Source: an uncultured Erysipelotrichaceae bacterium (lineage in GTDB: Bacteria; Bacillota_I; Bacilli_A; RFN20; CAG-826). From it: a DNA stretch of 64,000 nt. The notes beneath the pieces were generated by a model, which did no database searches, was not told the DNA's origin, and saw only the letters and a program-made list of their open reading frames with translations. The position numbers and the translations under genes were made by a program. Positions 52,576 through 62,276 of this stretch are shown one piece after another. Numbering within the stretch: the first letter of the stretch is position 1; each line of letters opens with the position of its first letter. Location of the stretch: contig CACYCS010000004.1 in assembly GCA_902773005.1 (NCBI GenBank), positions 9,378 to 73,377 of the forward strand, written 5' to 3'.

Positions 52576-53418
52576 ATGGCCGATGAAGTGAAGCAAATAC
52601 AAAAGTACCTGAACGATCTCGTCGACTTTTCGTTGCCCCAATACAAAGAGCTTCCTTCGGTTGAACTCTACATGGAGCAGATCCTGAAATACATCAACGG
52701 GATCCTCGCTACCCTCTCGCCCCAGCAGGAAAAGCAGCTCACATCCTTCATGGTCAATAACTACGTGAAGGCCAAGATGATCGCTGAGCCCGTGAAGAAA
52801 AAATACAATCAGGAACAGATTGGATACCTTATCGCCATCTGCCTCATGAAATCCACGATCGCGATGTCCGACATGTCCTTGCTCATCGAGCTAGACAAAG
52901 GCATCTCGAGGGATAAGAAAAGGATCTATGAGTTCTGGTGCAAGATGGAGACATCCGTCTTGTCCAACTCCGCGAAGAGGGCCAAAGTCAAAATCGATGA
53001 CATCGAATCGCGATACGAGAAGGAAATCGCCGAGAAGAACCCTAACGCAGAGGATAACGTTACCGATGCGCTAGGACTGCTCGCCCTTCGCCTTTCGATC
53101 CAAGCCACTGCCGACAAGCTCCTATCTGACTACATCCTGCAGATGATTCGCCGCAGGGTCCATCCGGATGAGAAGGACGTCAATAGCGTCATCTCCTCGA
53201 AAACCGCCAAGCACGAAGAACAGCTCGGCGAGAAGGAAGCAGCCATCATCAGCGATACCATCGGCAAGAGACGGAAAACGGAGCAAAAAGCCGAAAAGCA
53301 AGAGGCGAAAGCCAAAAAAGAAGCGACCCCTGTCGCGAATTCCAAGAATTCTAAGGGTGCTCAGCCCAAGGATAATAAAACCGGCAAGCCCACCGCAAAG
53401 GGCAAAACAAAGAAGTAA
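52576..53418 (+). CDS. DUF1836 domain protein with Lys-rich tail
   Basis: LP.YKELPSVELYMEQ, LTSFMVNNYVK, PVKKKY. Confidence 0.85.
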   Translation: MADEVKQIQKYLNDLVDFSLPQYKELPSVELYMEQILKYINGILATLSPQQEKQLTSFMVNNYVKAKMIAEPVKKKYNQEQIGYLIAICLMKSTIAMSDMSLLIELDKGISRDKKRIYEFWCKMETSVLSNSAKRAKVKIDDIESRYEKEIAEKNPNAEDNVTDALGLLALRLSIQATADKLLSDYILQMIRRRVHPDEKDVNSVISSKTAKHEEQLGEKEAAIISDTIGKRRKTEQKAEKQEAKAKKEATPVANSKNSKGAQPKDNKTGKPTAKGKTKK

Positions 53419-53428
53419 GGAGAAAATC

Positions 53429-54439
53429 ATGCGCGTTCTAGTGACTGGTGGAACCGGGTTCATCGGCTCCGAAACTGTGATCAAATTGATCGAAAACAAA
53501 TACGAGGTCGTCATCGTCGACAACCTCTCCAATTCCAAGGAGGCCGTCCTCGATCGCATCGAGACCATCACTGGCGTCCGTCCGACGTTCTACAAAGTCG
53601 ATTGCTGCGATTATGAAGCGTTCCGCGGCGTGTTCGAAAAAGAGAAATTCGAGGCCGTCATCCATTTCGCGGGTCTTAAGGCCGTCGGCGAATCCGTCGT
53701 GAAGCCGATCGAATACTATGCGAACAACCTCGGCAGCACCTCGAATCTATTGCTCCTTATGAAGGAGTTCGGCGTGAAGAGCATCGTCTTCTCGTCCTCC
53801 GCGACCGTCTATGGCATCCCGAAGAGAGTTCCGCTATTCGAAGATGACCCCGTTCTCTCCGCGACCAACCCCTATGGCGAGACCAAGGTCATGATCGAGC
53901 GCATCCTAGAAGATGCTTGTGCCGCTGATAAGAACCTGAACGCCGCGCTTCTTCGTTACTTCAACCCGATCGGCGCGCATCCTTCTGGTCTTCTCGGTGA
54001 AGATCCTAATGGCATCCCCAACAACCTCATGCCGTATATCACTCAGGTCGCCATTGGTAAGCGCGATCATCTCCGCATCTGGGGCAATACCTATCCCACC
54101 CCTGATGGAACTGGCGTCCGCGATTACATTCACGTCGTCGATTTGGCGGAAGGCCATGTCGCGACCCTCAAGAAGCTTGTGACCAATCCTGGCCTAGTCG
54201 TATATAACCTCGGCACCGGCAAAGGAACCTCGGTTCTTGAAATGGTTAACGCCTTTGAAAAAGCGACTGGTGTGAAGATTCCTTACACCATCGAAGAACC
54301 GCGTCCAGGCGACGTTGCGGCGAATTACGCGAACTGCGATAAGGCCGCGAAGGAACTTGGCTGGAAAGCAAAATACGATATCTTTGATGCTTGCAGAGAT
54401 GCCTATAACTTCCAGCAGAAGAATCCAAACGGAATTTAA
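53429..54439 (+). CDS. galE: UDP-glucose 4-epimerase
   Basis: VTGGTGFIGS, HFAGLKAVGES, FSSSATVYG, YGETK, LRYFNPIGAH; SD AAGGAG before ATG 53429. Confidence 0.97.
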   Translation: MRVLVTGGTGFIGSETVIKLIENKYEVVIVDNLSNSKEAVLDRIETITGVRPTFYKVDCCDYEAFRGVFEKEKFEAVIHFAGLKAVGESVVKPIEYYANNLGSTSNLLLLMKEFGVKSIVFSSSATVYGIPKRVPLFEDDPVLSATNPYGETKVMIERILEDACAADKNLNAALLRYFNPIGAHPSGLLGEDPNGIPNNLMPYITQVAIGKRDHLRIWGNTYPTPDGTGVRDYIHVVDLAEGHVATLKKLVTNPGLVVYNLGTGKGTSVLEMVNAFEKATGVKIPYTIEEPRPGDVAANYANCDKAAKELGWKAKYDIFDACRDAYNFQQKNPNGI

Positions 54440-54449
54440 TTGAAGATAT

Positions 54450-54492
54450 AACTAAAGTGCGAGGCATGAGTTGATTGCCCCGCGTTTTAGTT
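54450..54492 (+). terminator. Terminator-like hairpin after galE
   Basis: aactaaagtgcgaggca / tgccccgcgttttagtt imperfect stem. Confidence 0.6.
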
Positions 54493-54604
54493 TGGTCAGC
54501 CCGAATAACGATATGCCCTTCAAAGCCGTCCAATACGATCGTTGAACAGTGGCTGTCTAGGTGTTATATTTGGCCTGAAGGATCGCATATGGGAGGCATT
54601 TTGT

Positions 54605-54883
54605 ATGAAAAATAGAATAATTGCGTCATCCGTTATTGGCTTCTTGTCTTTGGGCCTCATGCTTGCATCCGCCGGTCTTTTATGGCTTGCTCTAGGACTG
54701 CTTCTTGGGGAGCCATCCGATCCTAATCAAGTAAGCTCAATAACCGCACAGGCGCTGTGGAAATATGTGATTCCACCTGCTACTGGCATAATTGTCTTTG
54801 GAGTGATGCTTGCTATTTGCATTGTCAAACTCGTCAGGCTGATCCGAGAAGCCAAAAAATCGAAAGTCATTGCAAACGCGTAA
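54605..54883 (+). CDS. Small hypothetical 2-TM protein
   Basis: SD GGGAGG, ATG 54605, two hydrophobic helices. Confidence 0.7.
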   Translation: MKNRIIASSVIGFLSLGLMLASAGLLWLALGLLLGEPSDPNQVSSITAQALWKYVIPPATGIIVFGVMLAICIVKLVRLIREAKKSKVIANA

Positions 54884-55009
54884 AGGCGAATAGAGGCGAG
54901 GCTACCATGCTTCGTCTTTTTCGTCACATAACAAAAATGGTAATCAACCATGGGACTTTGTAATATCATTAAGCCAACGTGATTCATTATGAATCGGAAT
55001 TAGTCTTCG

Positions 55010-56236
55010 ATGATCTACGCTTGCTTTCACGAGAAAACCTCACCTGATACCGCTCTATGTTTTGGTGGTGAGTTTTCTGAAGCTTCGCTCCTTGGCAATA
55101 GCTGTGTTCCGTCCGAGCGTGTGCTTTCTATTCTGAGGCTCGAAAACATTGGCCTCTATGATGGTTCTTTTGCGGTCAACGATGTTGAATTGCTAGGAGA
55201 AGAGAAACCGTCGATTAAGATCATCGACACCTCGTTGCCACTAAGAAGAGATGTTGAGACAGGCGATTACGCTCTGAATGCAGCCCTAGATAAATTCGCG
55301 AGCGAGAACGGCATCCGCCATGCTGTCGCATATCGTTTTAGAACGATCATACAGATGGTTTACGCGGACCTTCAAACCAAACCCTTATATCTGCTTCTTG
55401 ATCTAGGGGGCTCCCGTCCTGAAGAACAACTTTTGGTAACCGAATTCATAGCAAAGGTTTTCTTGCTCGGCCGAATTTTGATACACGCCCCTTCTATTTC
55501 GATGAATTACCACGCCGATTTAGTGCCGCTTTCGCGCATCGTCGCCGATGTCTTTGTTCCCAAGCAACCCGCCTTGGACATGGAACATCTTGCCTTTGGC
55601 GCATCTAGCAACGAAATCGCTGGTATCAAGCCTTCCGTAGCGGGTGAGATTGCTCAAAAAGAAGTCCCGAATGAAACGAATCCAGCCAAGGATCCCTTGG
55701 CCGCTCAACCGCAGCGAGAGTACAAGGTAGAAAGCAATCCGTCCATCTTTGAAAATGAGGAGAAACCCGCAAAACGAGGATTCTTTGGGAAAATTGCAGC
55801 GTTTTTCAAGAGAATTCCAGCCCCTACGATGGACTTGATTCTCAACATACTGTTCGCGGTTTTGTTCACGGGTCTTGCTATTGCGGTCTGCCCGATTAAC
55901 TTCGCCTTCTCTTCCGAGGGTTCCAGCACGATGCTTGTCGTATGCATTATCGTTTGCTTCGTGTTCCTGATTATGGCTCAGATTCCTATTGCTTCGATCT
56001 ATCAGGCCGACAAGGAACAAATGAACCCATTCAAAGCGAAACCCTTCATGATTGTGGGCGTCATATTCTCGTTAATAGGTATCCTTGCTGGAGTACTTAT
56101 GATGGTTATCGGCAAGTCCAAGGGTTGGGATTCCTCCAAAGCGCTCCCGTTCTATATCGCTTACTTCCTTTATCCGGTCTTCCTTACCGCTTACACTGCA
56201 GTTACCGTCTATCGAAAAACCCACCCGAAGAAGTAA
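55010..56236 (+). CDS. Hypothetical protein with C-terminal 4 TM
   Basis: 408-aa ORF: soluble N-terminus, linker, four TM. Confidence 0.75.
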   Translation: MIYACFHEKTSPDTALCFGGEFSEASLLGNSCVPSERVLSILRLENIGLYDGSFAVNDVELLGEEKPSIKIIDTSLPLRRDVETGDYALNAALDKFASENGIRHAVAYRFRTIIQMVYADLQTKPLYLLLDLGGSRPEEQLLVTEFIAKVFLLGRILIHAPSISMNYHADLVPLSRIVADVFVPKQPALDMEHLAFGASSNEIAGIKPSVAGEIAQKEVPNETNPAKDPLAAQPQREYKVESNPSIFENEEKPAKRGFFGKIAAFFKRIPAPTMDLILNILFAVLFTGLAIAVCPINFAFSSEGSSTMLVVCIIVCFVFLIMAQIPIASIYQADKEQMNPFKAKPFMIVGVIFSLIGILAGVLMMVIGKSKGWDSSKALPFYIAYFLYPVFLTAYTAVTVYRKTHPKK

Positions 56237-56309
56237 CAAAAATCTATAAATTGGCATGCGTAAGTTATAGGATAGTCGCATGCCAATTTTTGGTATCCTA
56301 CTTCACATA

Positions 56310-56810
56310 ATGGAAGTCGCGAAGACTCCGATCATCGTCACCATTGCAACCATTGCTGGTTCTGCCCTCGTTTTCGTTTTGGCCCGCGTCGCTCAGCGCA
56401 TCTATCGAAGCGAGGATTTTGTCCTGTATGCCAGAAAGATGGTCCTGCTAGAGAAGGATGTTCTCAAGCTTCAAATCTTCTTCGATAACGATACGAAAAA
56501 GGAAAAGGAATTCCGTGCGCTTTGCCTATATGGAGTAAGCGGCAAATCCTTCACCAAGATCACCGAGGTCAAAGACCTTCCAATCGCCTCCGACCATTCT
56601 TCGGCTTTCATCGAGTCCCGCCACGGATCATACGATTTCAAAGTTCCTCCATATACGAAATTTCAGGCAGTCGTGGATCTTCGATTGCCCGAGGAGATGA
56701 ACTACGATTCCTATAAGCTTGGATGCGTGTCCGAAAAAGGGACGCTTCTTCTAGCGGATTTCGATATTCGAAGCGATGCCAATCAAGAGATCGTCTTCAA
56801 GCGTTCCTAG
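56310..56810 (+). CDS. Hypothetical membrane-anchored protein
   Basis: N-terminal TM then a beta-rich domain. Confidence 0.65.
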   Translation: MEVAKTPIIVTIATIAGSALVFVLARVAQRIYRSEDFVLYARKMVLLEKDVLKLQIFFDNDTKKEKEFRALCLYGVSGKSFTKITEVKDLPIASDHSSAFIESRHGSYDFKVPPYTKFQAVVDLRLPEEMNYDSYKLGCVSEKGTLLLADFDIRSDANQEIVFKRS

Positions 56811-57538
56811 TCTTCTTTTCGTTCGTCACTGCCATCACCATAAGTTTCGCGGAATCTTGCCGCGAAGGATGGCTTTTCGCCATTCATAGTCAAATGGCTG
56901 ACATCCCCAAAGGTGGAAATCCTCCAGCTTGCGATGCCTTTCTCACGCTCCTCGGTTGAGAGAATGGTTACTCCAGTAGGCTGACAAACGAACCCGTGCC
57001 ATAGCACCATGGGACTGCAATTGATGAGGTGCGAAAGCAGTACGCACATGACGCCAAAATGGCAAAAGAGGACAAGCGTGTCTCTATTTTCGCGGACTAC
57101 CGCATAATTCCGCCCATTTCTTTGGTACCCATTTTCAAGCAGCAATTGATCAAGTCCGTTGATCCTCTCATCGTATAGCGGCTTCAGGTCCGGGCTGTTC
57201 CTGAAGATGTCGTTCTCCATCCAGGTATCGATGGAATAGAATCGCGGATCTTTCGTCCATTCGCTCGGTAGCCAATCCCATGTCACATCCGATTGATCCT
57301 CGTGTATCGCGGTGGAATCAAATTCCCTAAGCCAAGCGAGGGTAGTGGGGGTTAGGCTTGTTTTGGATAAGCCGATTTTCGCTGTAAGGGCTGCGCGCCC
57401 CAAAGGAGAGGCGTAAGCGCGGTCGATCTTCTCGCCTTTTAGACGTTCGGCAAGAAGAGTTGCTTCCTTGATCCCTCTCTCTGTCAGGGAATCGTGTTCG
57501 TAATCTGGGTCGCCATGGCGAATGATGATCAGTCTCAT
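56807..57538 (-). CDS. Histidine phosphatase superfamily protein
   Basis: IIRHGDPDY, SPLGRA..TA, LREF, FCHFG. Confidence 0.9.
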   Translation of the reverse strand: MRLIIIRHGDPDYEHDSLTERGIKEATLLAERLKGEKIDRAYASPLGRAALTAKIGLSKTSLTPTTLAWLREFDSTAIHEDQSDVTWDWLPSEWTKDPRFYSIDTWMENDIFRNSPDLKPLYDERINGLDQLLLENGYQRNGRNYAVVRENRDTLVLFCHFGVMCVLLSHLINCSPMVLWHGFVCQPTGVTILSTEEREKGIASWRISTFGDVSHLTMNGEKPSFAARFRETYGDGSDERKED

Positions 57539-57607
57539 GACCCCTATTATACTCGGGTGAGCGACTTGCTATGGAATAGCACTTCGAATTTGAGTACGAT
57601 ATCTCTA

Positions 57608-58732
57608 ATGAAAATCGCGATCGCCGGATGCGGATATGTGGGGCTGTCCATCGGGACGCTTCTTTGCGCTCGCCACGATATTTCGTTTGTCGATATCAGC
57701 CAGTCCAGAATCGAGCAGCTTAAGTCATTTGTTTCGCCGATCCGCGATCCGGAGATAGAGCGCGTCTTTGCGGATCGCCCCCATTTCCTCGCCACCACGG
57801 ATCCATCAATTGGATATTCGGCCGCTCGGTTGATCTTCATCTGCGTTCCAACCGATTATTCCGAGGAAGCGGGCAAATTCGATACTTCGAAAATCGAAAG
57901 CGCGTTAGAGGCGATCGACCGCGTCAATCAAGACGCCGTCATCTGCATCAAATCCACGGTACCCATTGGATACACGAGGACTTTGGCGACCAAATATCCT
58001 GGGCATACCGTTTTGTTCAGTCCAGAGTTCCTTCGCGAAGGCAAGGCGCTTGAAGATAACCGCAACCCCTCTAGAATCGTCGTTGGACATGGAAAGGCGG
58101 AAGAAACCGCTAAGAAGGTTGCGGACCTATTGAAGGAAAACGCATGCACGTCCCCCACGGTTTTGATATGCGATTACGAAGAGGCGGAATCGATCAAGCT
58201 CTTTAGCAACACCTACCTTGCGATGAGAATCGCTTTCTTCAATGAACTTGATACCTATGCCAAAACCAAAGGCTTTGACGCCAATACAATCATCAAAGGC
58301 GTGAGCCTAGACCCGCGAATTGGCGATTTCTATAACCATCCATCCTTTGGCTATGGAGGATATTGTTTGCCAAAAGACACCAAGCAGCTCTTATCCAGCT
58401 ATGGGGATATTCCAGCAGATTTAATTAGCGCCACCATCGAAAGCAACAAAGACAGGAAGCGGTTTATCCTTAGGAAAGCCAAAGAGCTTGCCAAGGGTAA
58501 GAAAGTCGCGATAGACCGCCTTATCTCCAAACCCGGAAGCGACAACTACCGCCAATCCCCTGCGGTTGAGATATTGGAGGCACTTGTGGAACAAGATTAC
58601 GACGTTTACCTGTATGAGCCCTTGGTCAATGAAGCTTTATTTCATGGCGCGAAAGTCATTAAGGACTATGAGGAGTTCAAGGAACTTGATGCGTTGAAGC
58701 TCAGGCCACTGCTCAACGAAATCGGTTGGTAA
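57608..58732 (+). CDS. ugd: UDP-glucose 6-dehydrogenase family
   Basis: IAGCGYVGLS, CVPTDY, IKSTVPIG, SPEFLREG, KLFSNTYLA, GYGGYCLPKDTKQL. Confidence 0.92.
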   Translation: MKIAIAGCGYVGLSIGTLLCARHDISFVDISQSRIEQLKSFVSPIRDPEIERVFADRPHFLATTDPSIGYSAARLIFICVPTDYSEEAGKFDTSKIESALEAIDRVNQDAVICIKSTVPIGYTRTLATKYPGHTVLFSPEFLREGKALEDNRNPSRIVVGHGKAEETAKKVADLLKENACTSPTVLICDYEEAESIKLFSNTYLAMRIAFFNELDTYAKTKGFDANTIIKGVSLDPRIGDFYNHPSFGYGGYCLPKDTKQLLSSYGDIPADLISATIESNKDRKRFILRKAKELAKGKKVAIDRLISKPGSDNYRQSPAVEILEALVEQDYDVYLYEPLVNEALFHGAKVIKDYEEFKELDALKLRPLLNEIGW

Positions 58733-58808
58733 GCGTTTTCCTTATCGTTTCGTTATGCGCATGCGTGCGCAATACGGCATAATTTAGGTTGTAGGAGGAA
58801 TTAAACCT

Positions 58809-59753
58809 ATGGTGAATCTTAGAAAAGTAGCGGTCATCGGCTGCGGCAACGTCGGAGCCTCGATCGCATTCCACATCGTGGAGAGGTCCATGTTCTCGGA
58901 AATGGTCCTCATCGACATCAACAAAGAAAAGACGGAAGGCGAGGCAATGGACCTTAGCCATGGCCTTCCTTATGTTGCCCCGATGGAGATCTATGCCGGC
59001 GATTACAAAGACATCGCCGATGCCGCGATCATCATCATTACTAGCGGCGCCGCGCAGAAGCCCGGTGAGACCCGCATCGACTTGGTCAAGAAGAACAGCG
59101 CCATCATGGCTTCGATCATTGACCAGATCGCGGCGGTTAAGCCCGAAGGCATTCTGCTTATCGTCTCTAACCCCGTCGACGTTTTGACTCACGTTGCCTT
59201 GAAACGCAGTGGCCTGCCGAAGAACAGGGTCTTCGGAAGCGGAACCGTTTTGGATACCGCCCGCTTGAAATACCTTCTCGCCTCGCGCCTCCATGTCGAT
59301 AGTCGCAATGTCCATACCGTCATTATCGGCGAGCATGGCGATACCGAATTCCCCGTCAATAGCATCGCCAATGTCTCAGGCATTCCTCTATACGACTTCT
59401 TCGCCCTTGAGAATCAAGATGGCTACGAAGCGATGCTTGCTGAGATTCAGGAAGACGTCAGGACCTCAGCCTACGAGATCATCAAGAAGAAAGGCGCGAC
59501 CTACTATGGCATCGCCATGGCGGTCGGCAAGATCTGCCGTTCCATCGTTAGCGACGAGAAGTCAATGCTCCCCGTCTCCGTGGAACTCGAAGGCGAATAT
59601 GGTCTCTCCGGACTCTCCATCTCCGTGCCTTGCATCGTCGGCAAAAACGGCGTTGAGCAGGTTCTTGAGATGCCGCTTAACGTTCAGGAGAGGCGCGAAT
59701 TGAAGAAGTCCGCCGACTCTTTGAAGAAAGTCATCGCTTCCATCGATCAGTAA
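58809..59753 (+). CDS. ldh: L-lactate dehydrogenase
   Basis: IGCGNVG, GAAQKPGETRIDL, SNPVD, GSGTVLDTAR, GEHGD, KGATYYGI. Confidence 0.96.
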   Translation: MVNLRKVAVIGCGNVGASIAFHIVERSMFSEMVLIDINKEKTEGEAMDLSHGLPYVAPMEIYAGDYKDIADAAIIIITSGAAQKPGETRIDLVKKNSAIMASIIDQIAAVKPEGILLIVSNPVDVLTHVALKRSGLPKNRVFGSGTVLDTARLKYLLASRLHVDSRNVHTVIIGEHGDTEFPVNSIANVSGIPLYDFFALENQDGYEAMLAEIQEDVRTSAYEIIKKKGATYYGIAMAVGKICRSIVSDEKSMLPVSVELEGEYGLSGLSISVPCIVGKNGVEQVLEMPLNVQERRELKKSADSLKKVIASIDQ

Positions 59754-59793
59754 AAAAATCCGGGGTTGGAAATTCACTCCGCCGAATTGCGTT

Positions 59794-59905
59794 TATAATG
59801 TAGGCGTTCCCCATCCCTGACATGTCGATCATCGACCTCCCCTTTTGATGTCATCGCATTGAAATATGCGAAGCCAAATAAGCTCATCAACAAGAGGAGG
59901 TTTTC
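59794..59905 (+). promoter_or_regulatory. -10 box and structured 5' leader with anti-SD
   Basis: TATAAT at 59794-59799; acctccccttttgatg (59835-59850) is complementary to catcaacaagaggaggt (59885-59901). Confidence 0.6.
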
Positions 59906-60619
59906 ATGTTGCCTGAACAATCTTTGAACATCTATTGCGATGAATCCTGCCATCTGATTGGCGATAGCTCCAGAGTCATGGGGCTAGGCGCGATCGGATG
60001 CCTTGAATCCCAAAAAGAAGCGGTGGTGGATATGATTCACCGCATCAAGGACTATTACGGATATAGCTTCGCTGAAATCAAATGGTCCCAGATCACCACG
60101 AACCAAGTTCCGATGATCAAAACGTTAATCGACTACTTTTTCAAGTGCCCCTATCTTTCCTTTCGCGCGATCATCATCCCCAATAAGCGCGAAGTCGCGC
60201 AGGACAAAACGGTCGTGCAGTTCGACGAGTGGTATTACAAGATGTACTACCAGCTGCTTATCGTGATGCTTGACCGCTACCCCCGGGGCAACAACATCTT
60301 CATCGACCGAAAGGACACCCAAGGCAAAGCCAAGATCAAAAAGCTCTTCGAGATTCTTTCGCGAGCAACCAATGGCGAGGAGGCGGTGGATGGCATCGTT
60401 GAAATCGATTCCCATTGCTCCGACTTGCTTCAGGTAAGCGACCTATTTACCGGGATGCTCGTTTTCCATAAGCGCGGGCTATCCAAACGAGGGAATCCCG
60501 CGAAGGTCGCGGTGCTTAACCATTTGCTTACCAAGGTGTCGGTGGATTACAGCACGCCGCCAGACGAGAAAAAGTTTAATTTGTTCTATTGGGAGGGTGC
60601 ATCTCATGTTCGAGGATGA
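59906..60619 (+). CDS. DUF3800-family protein (RNase H-like acidic motifs)
   Basis: NIYCDESCHL, EIKW, YYKMYY, IFIDRKD, LLQVSDL (QxxD), KFNLFYW. Confidence 0.82.
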   Translation: MLPEQSLNIYCDESCHLIGDSSRVMGLGAIGCLESQKEAVVDMIHRIKDYYGYSFAEIKWSQITTNQVPMIKTLIDYFFKCPYLSFRAIIIPNKREVAQDKTVVQFDEWYYKMYYQLLIVMLDRYPRGNNIFIDRKDTQGKAKIKKLFEILSRATNGEEAVDGIVEIDSHCSDLLQVSDLFTGMLVFHKRGLSKRGNPAKVAVLNHLLTKVSVDYSTPPDEKKFNLFYWEGASHVRG

Positions 60620-61190
60620 TTACGTGTTTTTCCGCAAATACTTGGCAAATCTTAATCGGTTTAACCTTTGCGGAACTACTTATGCCCCTTTTGTTTCGCA
60701 AGATAAAGACCTTTGGAACCTCATGGATAGGCCTGACATCTTTTGGCATCTAGTGACCTCTTCCAAGACGAAGGATTGCACGAACAATTCACCTATTGTC
60801 CCTTGCTGCAACACCCTTGAGATGTCGGGGTGCGACGAGATATCCGAAGCAAATGACGTGCTTCATTGCATCTCGCGCGTGCCTTGCCCTTATCGCGCGA
60901 GAGGGATGAGATCCCTCAAATTGATCATGGATAGCTTGGCTTATGGCAATGTACACGGCATCTCAGCTGCGCTATACAAAGATCAGTCAGGCGCGAAGAA
61001 GATGGTGATCCGCCGCAAATGCGGATGCCTCGATTACGTTTGCATCTTCAAGTGCTACCCATACCGATATGAGGCCAAAGGAACGGTTAGGCCGATCAGG
61101 CTTATCACCGCGTTCCCGCTTGCCTATCGATCGATGATCAGAAAGTTCGACAAGATCATCGGCGAGCAGGGCTTAACGATCGAGCAATGA
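60606..61190 (+). CDS. Cys-rich hypothetical partner of the DUF3800 gene
   Basis: 14-nt overlap with the upstream gene, SD GGGAGG; FWHLVT and LITAFP motifs; 10 Cys. Confidence 0.75.
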   Translation: MFEDDYVFFRKYLANLNRFNLCGTTYAPFVSQDKDLWNLMDRPDIFWHLVTSSKTKDCTNNSPIVPCCNTLEMSGCDEISEANDVLHCISRVPCPYRARGMRSLKLIMDSLAYGNVHGISAALYKDQSGAKKMVIRRKCGCLDYVCIFKCYPYRYEAKGTVRPIRLITAFPLAYRSMIRKFDKIIGEQGLTIEQ

Positions 61191-61351
61191 CCTTTCGCTT
61201 GCCTCGTAGTGGATAATTCGCAGGGGTCGTGGATCTATTTTCGCTTTCCCAAAGTGGCTCAAAGGACAAATATGCCAAATCGAAGTTTCACGCATCCCCA
61301 TAAATGGGATATAATCCCAATCGGTATCAAACGAAAGGAACCAATATCAAA

Positions 61352-62059
61352 ATGATCAAATTAGTGCTGATCCGCCACGGCCAGTCCGAATGGAACCTCA
61401 AGAACCTCTTCACCGGCTGGACCGATGTCGAGCTTTCCGAGCAGGGCGTCCGCGAAGCTCACGAAGCCGGCAAGCTTCTCAAAGAAAAGGGCTATACCTT
61501 CGACGTCGCTTTCTCCTCTACCCTTAAGCGCGCCAACAACACCATGGACTTCGCTCTTGGTGAGATGGGGCTAGACAAGCTTCCGAAGTTCTATTCCTGG
61601 AGACTCAACGAGCGTCATTACGGTGCTCTTCAGGGCTTGAACAAAGCTGAATCCGCTTTGAAGTGGGGCGATGAGCAAGTCCATCTCTGGAGGCGTTCCG
61701 CCGACGTTCCTCCTCTAGCGCTTACCAAAGATGATGAAAGGTGGCCTGGCAACCAAAAGAAGTATCAGGATCTTATCGCCAAGGGAGAGATGACCCTTGA
61801 TGATTGCCCATTGACCGAGTGCCTTATCGACACCGCCAAGCGCGTCAAACCCTATTGGGACGAGAAGATCGCGCCGGAGATCAAAGCAGGCAAGAAGGTC
61901 CTCATCGCTGCCCATGGCAACTCGCTTCGCGCCATTGTCATGATGCTTGAGAATCTCACCCCTGAGCAGATCGTCTCCGTCGAAATCCCGACCGGCAAAC
62001 CGCTTGTTTATGAGCTTGACGAGAAAGACCTCAAGGTTCTCAACAAGTATTACCTCTAA
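61352..62059 (+). CDS. gpmA: 2,3-BPG-dependent phosphoglycerate mutase
   Basis: [47 protein letters not shown]. Confidence 0.97.
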   Translation: MIKLVLIRHGQSEWNLKNLFTGWTDVELSEQGVREAHEAGKLLKEKGYTFDVAFSSTLKRANNTMDFALGEMGLDKLPKFYSWRLNERHYGALQGLNKAESALKWGDEQVHLWRRSADVPPLALTKDDERWPGNQKKYQDLIAKGEMTLDDCPLTECLIDTAKRVKPYWDEKIAPEIKAGKKVLIAAHGNSLRAIVMMLENLTPEQIVSVEIPTGKPLVYELDEKDLKVLNKYYL

Positions 62060-62082
62060 TATTTGCTAAGACAATATTCTCT

Positions 62083-62110
62083 AAAAGTCGCGAACTGATC
62101 GCGGCTTTTT
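62083..62110 (+). terminator. Rho-independent terminator
   Basis: aaaagtcgcga / tcgcggctttt. Confidence 0.8.
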
Positions 62111-62128
62111 ATCATTCAGCCATTCTTC

Positions 62129-62266
62129 AAAGTATGAAGGAGTATGAAAGAATCATAAAAGTATGAAAGAGTATGAAAGAATCCTAAAAGTATGAAGAAG
62201 TATGAAAGAACTTGAAAAGTATGAAGGAGTATGAAAAAATTTTAAAAGTATGAAGGAGTATGAAAG
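62129..62266 (+). repeat. Tandem array of five 29-bp units with ten AGTATGAA boxes
   Basis: AGTATGAA starts at 62131, 62141, 62160, 62170, 62189, 62199, 62218, 62228, 62247 and 62257. Confidence 0.97.
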
Positions 62267-62276
62267 GAACGACGAT

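Noticed and set aside
53168-53428. Apparent 87-aa N-terminal extension of GalE
   Set aside because: It overlaps the DUF1836 gene; a good SD and ATG at 53429 give a normal-length GalE. The same applies to ORF-track extensions of GH13, ung, ugd, tsaB and tsaD.
54450-54492. Integron attC-like site after galE
   Set aside because: No proper RYYYAAC...GTTRRRY pair, single copy, no integrase; a terminator explains it.
62129-62266. CRISPR array interpretation of the 29-bp repeats
   Set aside because: Variable segments are only about 4-7 nt and similar to each other, the repeats are not palindromic, and no cas genes are in the window.
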